Source of the DNA: the human T2T-CHM13v2.0 reference genome, Homo sapiens
DNA: 64,000 bases
NCBI RefSeq assembly: GCF_009914755.1
Contig: NC_060930.1
Strand: one strand, 5' to 3'
Part shown: positions 14,210 through 26,239 of the stretch, in pieces
Numbering within the stretch: the stretch's first letter is position 1
Layout: every line of letters starts with the position of its first letter
Notes under the pieces: model-generated
Databases searched by the model: none
What the model was told of the DNA's origin: nothing
Seen by the model: the letters and a program-made list of their open reading frames with translations, nothing else
Translations under genes and position numbers: made by a program

Positions 14210-14592
14210 ATTTTTTTTTTTGTAGCTACAGGATCTCACTCTGTCACCCAGGCTGGAGAGCAGTGGTGCAATCATAGCTGCAGTCTTGACCTCCTGGGTT
14301 TCAGTGGTCCTTCTGCCTCAGCCTACTGAGTAGCTGGGACTACAGGCATGCACCACCATGCCTGGCTGGTTTTTTATTTTTAGTAGAGCCAGGGTCTAGC
14401 TATGTTGCCCACGCTGGTCTAGAACTCCTGGGCTCAAGTGATCTTCCCACCTCAGCCTCCCAAAATAACAGGTGTAAGCCATTATAACAGGTGATATAAC
14501 AGCCTCCCAAAATAACAGGTGTTAGGCAAAATAACAGATGTTAGCCTCCCAAAATACCAGGGATAACAGGTGTCAGCCATTGTACCTGACCT
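14210..14592 (-). mobile_element. AluJ with scrambled, expanded 5' end
   Basis: Reverse Alu; repeated ataacag units at 14455-14580. Confidence 0.9.
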
Positions 14593-15808
14593 GGATATAA
14601 TGATTTTTAAAGATTTTTTTTTTTTTTTTTTTTGAGAAACAGGTGCAATTTCTTCCTTTGGTTGAGGAGGCCACTTAATATCATTGCTAGGAGGATCAAA
14701 ATGAATGATCCCTTACTTCTGTTTCCTCAAAATAGTTAAAGTTTTGGCAGTCTCATACTGTCTTTTAAAAGAAATCATATTCCACTGTCAGATTCAGAAA
14801 AATTTTAGAGTTCTTACTTTTGGAATACACTTGGTTTTGGAAGGTTCACTGTTAAAGATTTTGAAAGCTCATCCCTCCTACGTTACACTATTTACTTCCT
14901 AGCTGCCATTTGAGTTAGGAACTGTGTTGCATTGTGCATTATTTTGTGAAATGCATTGAGCATTGTGTGAAATGCTCCACATGTAACCCAGCCTAACTTC
15001 AGCAATTGTAGATTGTGTGATGACTGGAAGTGTCTGTATGTGTGCATGCTAGGCAAATGTGTCGTATTGCCTTTCTTCTGAAAGTGCATCTGGACAGCAT
15101 GTCTTTGTTCCTTGAATTCAGTTATGTGAAATATGTCTTTGAGGGTACCTCTTTCTCCACTTATTGGTACAAGCTGTGCTTTCACTTTTGACAAGGATCA
15201 GTAGGCAGTTTAACTTTTGCTGCTAGTTGGTTTCACCTCTTTGTGCTTCAAGAGAACTCACTTCCTTTCCACGCAAGTGTTACTTCTGTGATATTTTTAC
15301 ATTAGTGACTGAGGTAGACACTGTTCCAGCTGGCTGTTCAGTCATTATTTCTCAGGGTACCTGGGCAGCATGGTGGCAGTATTTCCATATAATCTCCTCC
15401 ACTCTGGACCTGGGTTTGTCTACACGGTGGAGCTTACAGCAAGACTGGTTGAAGGGATCTTTGTTTTCTTTTATTCTTTGTGTAGCTGTTAAGGAAGAGG
15501 AGATTATATGGAACAAAAGGGACATTGTTGTTCCATCTTCAGAGAGACATTTCATCATGAAGAAATGAAGAAAAATTATAGTGGGTTAGTTAATATTTCA
15601 AACGTCAACATCCGCAGGAATGAAGTCACTGTCTGACTCTCAGAAATGCCAATGGAATGATCTATGTTGTTAATTAACAGAGACCCTTTTACATTTTAAT
15701 CATGGGGTCTCCTTTGCCATGTATTGGAATTCATTTAGGATAATGGTCTATGTAATAATATTGGTTCCTAATATGATTTTTTCAAACTAAATATTTTTAA
15801 ATAAACAG

Positions 15809-15954
15809 AACTGAAGGGCCAACCTGGACATGCATATCTGGAAACATTGAAAACACTGAAAGATGTGCTAAATGATTCAGAAAATAAGGCCCAGGTGTCT
15901 CTGAATGTCCTTAATGATCTTGCCAAGGTGGAGAAGGCCCTGCAAGAAAAAAAG
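15809..15954 (+). CDS. UTRN: UTRN coding exon, 146 nt
   Basis: aaacag|AACTG...AAG|gtaaca; [15 protein letters not shown]...LQEKK. Confidence 0.96.
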
Positions 15955-16504
15955 GTAACATATATCTTCCATGTTAGAACTCTAGCGCTTCTTCTAATAT
16001 CTCCTCTTACATATTTTGAAATGTTTTTTCAGAGATTAAAAAAAAAGTTGGTCAGTTTTGTTCATCATTGGTGCAAAAATGTGTTTATGATTTGAGGGTT
16101 AGTTTGACCTCACATAAAAGAAAGTACAGTTATTAAAAATTTTTTCATAGAAGAAAAGCATATTTTCTCCTTCTGCTGTGATTAGCTTAAAATTCTCAAC
16201 CTGTTCATAAAATCTGCTAAAATATCTTTATGAAATGAGGACTATCAGTTGACGTGTTGATGTATACTTTTTTCTGCATCGAATAGGAATGTTTCCGAGG
16301 TCATTTAGTTGAGTAGCCTTATGGCTCTGTGCTATTAGATGAAAAGGAGAGCAGCCATTGAGCACTGCACACTTGGCCCACACTGGGTTTGCTGTTCCCT
16401 TGGTTTTTAGGGTTGAGAATACACTGTATTGCCCACACACAACTCATGAAGAAAAAGCTTTAATTTTTATGATTATGCCTATTTTTTTCATGAGTTTTTC
16501 ATGT

Positions 16505-17135
16505 TTTGTTTTGTTTTGTTTTTTGATTTCCAACTTTTATTTTAAGTTCAGGGGTACTTGTGCAGGATGTGCAGGTTTGTTAAATGGGTAAACGTGTGTC
16601 ATGGTAGTTTGCTGCACTACGTATTAAGCCCAGCATCCATTAGCTCTTCTTCCTGATGCTTTCCCTCCCACCATGCCCCACCCTCCAACAGACCCCAGTG
16701 TGTGTTTTTCCCCACCATGTGTCCGTATGTTCTCATTATTCAGCTCCCACTTATAAGTGAGAATATGCGGTATTTTTTTTTGTTGTTTCTGAATTAGTTT
16801 GCCGAGGATAATGGCTTCCAGCTCCATCCATATACCTGCAAAGGACATGATCTTGTTCCTTTTTATGGCTGCATAGTATTCCATGGTTGATATGTACCAC
16901 ATTTTCTTTAAGTAGTCTATCATTGATGGGCATTTGGGTTGATTCCTTGTCCTTGCTATTGTGAATTGTGCTGCAATGAACATAGTGTGCATATATCTTT
17001 ATAACAGAATGATTTGTATTCCTTTGGGTATATACCCAGTGAGATTGCTGGGTCAAATGGCATTTCTGGTTTTAGGTCTTTGAGGAATCACCACACTGTC
17101 TTCCACAGTGGTTGAACTAATTCACACTCCCACCC
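16505..17135 (-). mobile_element. L1PA (older subfamily) 3' fragment
   Basis: T-rich tail then aagttcaggggtacttgtgcaggatgtgcagg; ORF2 C-terminal peptide in ORF 16624-16992. Confidence 0.92.
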
Positions 17136-17265
17136 ACTGTTCTTTTTAGATAAAAATGCTTTCTAATGCATTTTAAAGTGACTTTTGACTTTATATAGCC
17201 CATTTTACTATATCTGTGCAGACACATTTTTGTGCATATTTTTAATCTTTTAAAACTTTTTCCAG

Positions 17266-17478
17266 ACCCTTGATGAAATCCTTGAGAATCAGAAACCTGC
17301 ATTACATAAACTTGCAGAAGAAACAAAGGCTCTGGAGAAAAATGTTCATCCTGATGTAGAAAAATTATATAAGCAAGAATTTGATGATGTGCAAGGAAAG
17401 TGGAACAAGCTAAAGGTCTTGGTTTCCAAAGATCTACATTTGCTTGAGGAAATTGCTCTCACACTCAGAGCTTTTGAG
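17266..17478 (+). CDS. UTRN: UTRN coding exon, 213 nt (DMD exon 23 paralogue)
   Basis: ttccag|ACC...GAG|gtaaat; [11 protein letters not shown]...TLRAFE. Confidence 0.96.
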
Positions 17479-18389
17479 GTAAATCCAGAGGCCACTGGGA
17501 GTTTAAGTTTATTACGGGGTAAATAGTAATTATCTTATAAGATTCACGTATTTATTATTTAAATATTTTACATTCTTTCTAGATCCCCATTTATTATGTA
17601 TTTAAGTTGGGACTTATCAAAGATGTACTTTTAATGTGCTAGAGAGCACATTTATTTCCTTTTGCCTGGAAGCAAAGTCAAAAGTAGAGTAAACTGGACC
17701 TTGAAGATAAGAGAAAATTGCTTAAAAATGGTCAAAATAATGTTTCAGGCATGGAGGGCCTGTGTGAAATACAGACTGTTGATTAGATTATAGTAGTAAC
17801 TTGGTTGGGGTGGTAGAAATAGCCCAGGTAGTAGTAAATTGCTGAATACATGAAACTACTTTTTGCAGGTTTTTGACATTTGAAGTCAAAAGTCAGAGAT
17901 AGGCCATTGACAGTGTCAGAGTGGGAAGGCAAATCGTTCCAGGGACATGAAAATTCAGAAACAGGATCCTTCACTACACCTGAAAATGTTGACAGATGCA
18001 GCAGTGATAAAGTTTAAGAGGAAAGGATAAATGTGAGGATGTATAAGGAGAGAGTCAATGTCAATAGAAGTCAGTGTCAGATTTTAACATTCTGCCTGTG
18101 AGAAAGATGGAGAAGCAGAGTTTCCAGGTCACCTGGTATTTTAATAGGAAAGTTCTGGGTGGAGAATGAACCAATCACACTCTCTCCCTGCAAGGCTTCC
18201 TATCCTCCAGTGACTCCTTACCTTGGTCTTTTTTTTTTTTTTTCCCCATCAGTCAGGGATCTTTGTCTTTTTTAAATTTCTTATTCACCGATGTATGCCA
18301 AGATGTACTCATAACTAGAGCAATGCCTGGCACAGAGAAGGCATCCAATCAATATTTTTCAACGAATGAAATGAAATTAGCAATAGGAG

Positions 18390-18697
18390 ATTTAGATTTG
18401 GATATATCTCTGTATATCTATCTATCTATATATATAGATAGATAGATTCTCTTGGAAGCTAAATCCAAATATGTGTAGATATATATCTATATATATAGGG
18501 AGATGTCTCTGTATATATGCATATACATCTTTATTTATATAGAGAGAATCTAAATCCGAATCTATATATATTTAGATGTAGATCCAAATATATGTAGATA
18601 CAATATATATATCTACATATATTTGGATCTACATCTAAATATTATATCTACATATATTTGGATCTAGATCTAAATATATATAGATTTGGATTTAGAT
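18390..18697. repeat. AT-rich nested palindromes / inverted repeats
   Basis: Perfect 32-bp palindrome 18416-18447; 53-bp arms 18548-18600 and 18645-18697. Confidence 0.92.
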
Positions 18698-19108
18698 GCT
18701 AAGCAAATTTGCATAAGGAATATTGCCCCCAAAAAGTGAAAAGATTGAAAGCGAAGACAAAAATTAATGAAAATGTATGTTTTGAAAATCAAAGTCAGAG
18801 AACACGTGGTAGAAGAGGAGCTGGAAGACCTCACAGATTAGTGTGGAAGGGATCCAGCCAGATTCTCTGAGTGGACCACTGAATTTGGAGGGGCGTTCTT
18901 TGACTCAGGAACTAATGGGTAGTTCCAATGAATGATCAGCAGAAGATACAGATGGAGGGGTTGTGTGTGTGTGTGGGTAGCTGTGTGTGATGGTAGTGAC
19001 AGGAGGTAGTTTTTCTCTAGGTGTAAGTGCAGTTCTAGATGGAGATCTCATTCAAATAAACCAGTAATTATGGAGAGAAATGTGTTTTGTGTGGCTTAGT
19101 GTTTTTGA

Positions 19109-19411
<303 letters not shown>

Positions 19412-19540
19412 CATTTTACTTTGCGATGGTCCCACTTCTCGTTGTGTATTATGAGTTGCAATTGTTCCCGGCTTTCAAAATGAGCATTGGCCTTTTCTAT
19501 AATTCTAAAGTTTTTGGTTATGGTCCCAGCATTGTATTAT

Positions 19541-19745
19541 CAGTGATTCTCAACCGGGGTGATTTTACCCTCCAGAGGATACTTGTTAATTTCTGGAAAC
19601 ATTTCTGTTGTCAGAACTGTGGGAGAAGACTTCCAGTGGGTAGAGGCCAGGGATGCAGCTAAACATCCCACCATGTACAGGACAGCCTCACAACAAAATA
19701 ATCATCTGGCTCCAAATGTCACTAGTGCCAAAGTTTAGCAATGCC
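19541..19745 (+). mobile_element. MER20 (hAT-Charlie DNA transposon MITE)
   Basis: cagtgattctcaaccggggtgatttt...gggtagaggccagggatgcagctaaacatcc...ccaaatgtcactagtgcc. Confidence 0.88.
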
Positions 19746-21559
19746 AGATGAAACATTCCCCATCTTTTCAAAAGATCATCCCTTTGTTTTCAGATTTAAG
19801 TCCAAAGTATAAATGGAGATTAACCTCAGAGTTAGTCTTCTTTTGACTCTTAAAAGTATATCTTAGGGTTAGCTAAATGTATGCTACTATTTCAATATGG
19901 AGCTTAAAGAGAATAAATATTCTCCCAAAATACAAAAGAGTCCTGTGGTTATAGTAATCCAGCTTTAAGCTTTGGTGGGTTGTTGCTATTAATGTAGCAA
20001 ATCCAGGCACTAAAAGTGGTCACTTGGAAATATTTATTTCCATTAAAAATATCCAACATCAAGGGTGTGTGTCTGGATATGTAAGTGTTTGTTGTTACAG
20101 TAGCAGATTTGTAATGTCCAGTACTTTTTTTATTTGCTTCTTGTGTACTAACTGCAAGATTGTGGTTAAGGAATACAGTGTCTATATTTCTTAATTGTAT
20201 AACTTCTTCATTGAAATACATGTTTTATCTTAAATTCAAAAGAAAACTCCTTTTTTTTGCTTTGTAGGAATTGCTGGTTACTTAACTACTCATGATTTAC
20301 TTGGGAAAACTTTAAATTCCACACCCTCAAATTATTAGATAATTATAATAAATATTTATTTGCAGATTATCATTGTTTTCCCTTTTTCAATGACCTGATA
20401 TATGATTTTTTAGGCATTTAATTATTTTTGTCTTTAAGGCATGAAGCACAGTAGGTTTTAGATTCAATGCCAATTCATAATAATGTTTTGTAGGAACAAA
20501 ATAGTTAACTCGTTTATTTTTAAAATGCATTTTTCATTACATGAGTAGTACTTGAAGCCTACACATTGTGAAGAAATTGAATACCACAGAAATACTTACA
20601 GTGAACATTTAGAGTTCCTTTTCTTCCCCAATACCATTTTCTTTCCTGGGGGCAGCTAATATTAACAGTGGATCCTTGTACATACAAGTTAGACAAGAAC
20701 AATTGACAAATATTGCTAATTCCAATCATTTTCCCCCACACTGTGGAAAGAAATGATATTGGAACTCTGTGAAGGACATTTAAATCCATAGTCCAGATAG
20801 AGTTTGGAAGTGAATCCCACTACTTAATAACATCTTTCATTGATACAGCACATTTAAACTTTGAAAGTGTTTTCATGGCCATGTGCTTGCTTTTTTCTGC
20901 TATCCTTCAATATTTGTAAGAGGCTGTTAGTTGTGTGCGAATTTCAGTTTTCTGTTATTTGTTGGCATTGCAGTGTTTTTCCTCATTTGCCTGCATTTCC
21001 TTTGTCTCCATAGCTGGTTCCTTTTGTGCATGTTGAGATTGGACCTACATATTTTTATTCATTGTGTTATGCCCAAATACATTCTTAAGTTCTTTTTATT
21101 TGTGCCATGCCAAAGCAATAACCTCCATTCCTGTACTTACGAGGTAAAATATTCATTGTTACTTTTTACAAACTACTATACCCCTTCCAGGTGACAAAAC
21201 ATTTGAAAATACATGAAATGGGTATTTCTTTTTTCCATTATTGATTTTACTGACTGGATTTTCATGTGAATCATGGGGATAACATATTATAAAATCCTAA
21301 GAGGCTGCTTATATATCTCTCCTCACCAGTAGTAATATCTTTGGATTTAGGGGCTGCAAAGTATTTCATATTACGTACTTCCTTTTCCTTATTCAAGAGC
21401 TCCTGCCCTATGTATAACTGGGAAATGAAAGATGTCCCCAAGGCACACACAAAACTGTCTTCTATTTTCCAGCGCTCCTGCCTTTTCAGGCTCCTCCTCC
21501 AGGCCCTTCCTTCTGGGTTCAGGCTCTCATGCAATCTCTTTCCCTGAAAATTTCATTAC

Positions 21560-22070
21560 CCTTTAAATCTGATTCCCACTTCCTGTCTCTTCTCTCTGGA
21601 ATTCATCTTTCACACCAATACCAGAGTTGTACTTCTGAAAGGATCTGGTTGTCTTCACCATTAATACAAATTAATACCAAGTGCCATTAATACAAAATGT
21701 CCCTTTCTTGCCCTGAAGCCCTCCCTGCATCTCCACTGTGAGCTGAGTCAGGTGGGGAGAATACGGTGGGTCACCAAAGACCATCCTAGACTATTGCCTT
21801 TCTCTGAAAATGTCATGTACTTGCTAGGAATTCACATCCCTCCTCCTCCTGTCTGCTCATCTGTCTTCAGCCCAGCTCATCACTACACCCATAGCTAGAT
21901 AATCGTTCCCTCCTCTGTGATTCGACTGTGTGTCATTTACACCTTCACAATGACCCATCTCAGGCCGTCTTTTATTATGGTGAGAAATGTGTGTCTCTCT
22001 TCCCACGAGGCATGAGCTCTTTGAGGGTTGGATCCCTGTCAGGCATAGAGCAAGTTAGCAGATGTGAATG
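21560..22070 (+). mobile_element. L2 fragment
   Basis: Degenerate L2 3' motifs (catgagctctttgaggg...aggcatagagcaagt...gtgaatg). Confidence 0.5.
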
Positions 22071-23204
22071 TAATTGATGTGTCCGGCCTCTCTAGTGAGA
22101 GTGGATTTATACAGTCTAAAGCCTGGTTATCCTAAGTGGCAGGACACCTGTGTAGTCATGCCTCTTCCTTCAACTGTTGAACAGTCAAAGGCACACATGA
22201 ATGGACTTGCTCTGACCCGGAATCTGGAGGGGGGCGTGCTGGAGCTCCAACAGGCAGAACCAGGTTTTGAGAGTACTTTGGAAAGCATTTTAGGGTAAAA
22301 ATGCAATACTTTCTAAGAGTAATATTAGTACGGATGATTTAACCCTTCTTAGGTAACATATAATTGATATAATTATCTCATAAGGGTTTGAGTTTTTTTT
22401 CTCATTTGTGAACACATTTTACTTTACTGAAGGGAATATTCATATATTCCCTTCCTTAGATTTAAGAACCTTATTAGTTTTTAATAAGTGTAGTAGCAGT
22501 GTCATTGTTTGTCTTCCCTACTAAGTGAGAGAGCACATTTTCAAGGTTGTGTTTTTGAGGTTATTGAGTATTATAAAGTGAAACAAAATAGGAACCTGGC
22601 TGCCTTAAATTACTGTTTTAATTCTGGCTTCACACTATTTTTTTTTTTTTCTGGTCTATGTCTTAAAAAGCTGTGGACATTCCGACAGATGGGGGAGGAG
22701 CAAAAGAAAATGCCAAGAATTTAGCTGTAATCAAGTCTCCAGAGGTAGTTGTGTACCTTGCAATCTTACTGTCTTAAATCCAGATTTACCAAGCTTTAAA
22801 TTACCTCCATCCTTAGGTCACAGGATGGGGGATGGGAAATGAGGTGAGATAGGGTCAGAGGAATTGTTTTAATGACCTTGCTGTTCCTTGTCCGTGATCC
22901 CATAGCAGGTTGTTGCCCATCTGAAATGCTTAGAAATCATTGCTTTTGAGCAGTGATGGTCCATGTAGACTTTGACCCTTCCATACTAGAATATTTGATA
23001 TTTTGATTTTCAAAAAATACTGTATTCGTAATTTTATATTCATTTGAATATTTGTGAGTAAAAATAGGTATGAGAAATGGCTGCCCCAGATTAGTACTTA
23101 GTTTATTTTTTTTTGCATGTGAAATAATGACATTTGCTTTAGAAATTTACTAACAGTTTTTATATTTCGTTTTGGTTTGTAAGAACTGAAGTCCCTTAAA
23201 GAAA

Positions 23205-23238
23205 TGTGTGTGTGTGTGTGTGTGTGTGCATGCGTGTG
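23205..23238. repeat. (GT)n microsatellite
   Basis: Seen directly. Confidence 0.9.
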
Positions 23239-23600
23239 TTCTGTAAGCAGATGGAGGTGAAGAAAAAAATCGTCATTATTGTAGATTAGAAGCTTGTAAG
23301 TGCATCAGCTGAGTAATTTTTAAATGGACAGAGAAACACTATTTTCATGTGAGCTCTTTGACGATCTTTGTAATCAACCTCTTTGTTGTGGTGGAATTGA
23401 CTTAAAGATGAGCAGACTTTTGGTATGTTTGAAAAGCACAGGAAACATCTGCTACAGGTTGATTGTGACAATATTTTGCTCAGGGAAAGGGGAGATAAGA
23501 TAGGGAGAGTGGAAGGCAGAGTAGAGCTCCCTGTCTTCTGCCTTCACCCATACAGGTACAGGTGGTAGGTAGCATTGATCTTTGGGACTTGATAACCCTT

Positions 23601-23635
23601 CCCGCGCGGTGTGCCACGAGGTGGAAACGCCGAGT
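23601..23635 (+). promoter_or_regulatory. CpG micro-cluster with CTCF-like motif
   Basis: Six CpGs in ~32 bp; GCCACGAGGTGGAA resembles the CTCF core CCASYAGRKGGCR with two mismatches. Confidence 0.4.
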
Positions 23636-24313
23636 GAATCTGCTGCTGCCAGGCACTTCTAAAGGATGGGCCTTTCCTTCTGTACCAATTCCTTCCCATG
23701 AGCTGTATTTGGCCAGGTCTAGCCAGATATATAAGCAGTAGCCATTTGAAACAGTTACTTTGAAACAGTTACAGGATAGAACAAGCATTAATGTTGGCAG
23801 CAATTAAAAAAGTGAAACCCATGCTTATGCAAACACATGCTCATCCTGGCTGTTCATTCCTGTGGTGCCTCTGATGGGACATAAACACCAAAACTTGGAT
23901 GTGGTAACTCTTTTATGGTCTCAATCTTGGTCATAATAAAGCAGTTGGTTTTGTAGATCTTAGTATAATAATCGCTACCATTTAGTGCATTCTTCTATGT
24001 GGGAGTCTCTGTTTTTCAGAACAACCAGACAAGATAGTTGTTATGATTCCAGTTTCACAATGAGTTATTAAGGCTCAAAGAAAAATTAGTTTCTCAAGGC
24101 CCCATGGCTAGGCAGGTGCTGAGCTTGGTAGTCAGACCTCAGCATTTCTTTATATGGGCACACTGTCTCTTTTAGAGCACAGTGTGGTTAGAATTACATG
24201 CAGGATTTTTAGTAGTGAAAATATTATAGTGTGGCTTTACAGGTTCCCTTCTATTCCCTTTGTCACTTTTGGGATGATCCATTGGCCTACATGGCTTCTC
24301 TGTCTGTTTCTTT

Positions 24314-25723
24314 CCTTTTTTTTTTTAGTATTTATTGATCATTTTTGGGTGTTTCTCGGAGAGGGGGATTTGGCAGGGTCATAGGACAATAGTGGAGGGA
24401 AGGTCAGCAGATAAACATGTGAACAAAGGTCTCTGGTTTTCCTAGGCAGAGGGCCCTGCCGCCTTCCGCAGTGTTTGTGTCCCTGGGTACTTGAGATTAG
24501 GGAGTGGTGATGACTCTTAACGAGCATGCTGCCTTCAAGCATCTGTTTAACAAAGCACATCTTGCACCGCCCTTAATCCATTTAACCCTTAGTGGACACA
24601 GCACATGTTCCAGAGAGCACGGGGTTGGGGGCAAGGTTATAGACCAACAGCATCCCAAGGCAGAATAATTTTTCTTAGTACAGAACAAAATGGAGTCTCC
24701 TATGTCCACTTCCTTCCACACAAACACAGCAACAATCCGATCTCTCCTTCTTTTCCCCACACTTCCCCCCCTTCTATTCCACAAAACTGCCATCGTCATC
24801 ATGGCCCGTTCTCAATGAGCTGTTGGGTACACCTCCCAGACGGGGTGGCGGCCGGGCAGAGGGGTTCCCCACTTCCCAGATGGGGTGGCCGGGCAGAGGC
24901 GCCCCCCACCTCCCAGACGGGGCGGCTGCCGGGCGGAGACGCTCCTCACTTCCCAGATGGGGCGGCTGCCGGGCGGAGGGGCTCCTCACTTACCAGATGG
25001 GGTGGCTGCTGGGCGGAGGGGCTCCTCAGTTCCCAGACGGGGTCGCGGCCGGGCAGAGGCGCTCCTCACATCCCAGATAGGGCGGCGGGGCAGAGACGCT
25101 CCCCACATCCCAGATGATGGGCGGCCAGGCAGAGATGCTCCTCACTTCCTAGACAGGATGACGGCCGGGAAGAGGCGCTCCTCACTTCCCAGACTGGGCG
25201 GCCGGGCAGAGACGCTCCTCACTTCTTAGACGGGGTGGCGGCCGGGCAGAGGCTGCAATCTCGGCACTTTGGGAGGCCAAAGCAGGCGGCTGGGAGGTGG
25301 AGGTTGTAGCGAGCCGAGATCACGCCACTGCACTCCAGCCTGGGCAACATTGAGCACTGAGTGAGTGAGACTCCGTCTGCAATCCCGGTACCTCGGGAGG
25401 CCGAGGCTGGCAGATCACTCTCGGTCAGGAACTGGAGACCAGCCCGGCCAACACGGCGAAACCCCGTCTCCACCAAAAAATACAAAAACCAGTCAGGCGT
25501 GGCGGCGCGCACCTGCGATCCCAGGCACTCGGCAGGCTGAGGCAGGAGAATCAGGCAGGGAGGTTGCATTGAGCCGAGATGGCGGCAGGACAGTCCAGCC
25601 TTGGCTCGGCATCAGAGGGAGACCGTGCAAAGGGGAGAGGGAGACGAGGGAGGGGGAGAGGGAGGGGGAGAGGGAGGGGGAGGGGGCGAGGGAGGGGGAG
25701 GGGGAGAGGGAGAGGGAGAGGGA
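24314..25723 (-). mobile_element. Full-length SVA retrotransposon (probably an older subfamily, B/C-like)
   Basis: On + strand: poly(T), SINE-R (~24330-24825), GC-rich VNTR (~24826-25250), Alu-like (~25250-25620), (GGGAGA)n hexamer (~25633-25722); TSD tctgtttcttt at 24303-24313 and 25724-25734. Confidence 0.97.
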
Positions 25724-26239
25724 TCTGTTTCTTTTCTCTTTCTTTTTTTCTCATGTCAGAGGGAGAGAAGGAACAGATACATGTGAATTGCATGTGCCCT
25801 GATGGGTCTGCGTGTATTAGAGAGAGGGTGGGAAGGAGGGAGGAGGGAAGGCTGTTGAGGCCATAAAACTTCCTCATATGCCAGTGACTGGAGTAGTTAA
25901 GGCCACTTACTCAAGTCAAAGCCAATTGTGGTTAAAACTTCCTTGAAATATAATGCTTCCATATAAATTTTGAAAATTTTGGCTGAGGAGACTATCAGTT
26001 TTCCTTATTCAAACTAGAGTTAATGAATTTCCCAGTTATACAGCAGTAATGCATTCTTTAAAAGTGCAGAATGGAGATTAGCAGTGCAAGAATCTGTGGT
26101 GACAAGTTAAACGGAGAATTTTTAAAGTCATTTTATGAACTCTGTGAATGTATTCACACTTTCTCTCTTTTTGCACTTCTGTCTTTTTTGGATGCCCCAC
26201 TCTACCCGTCCTGAGCATGTCTTCCCAAGAAGCCTTCTA

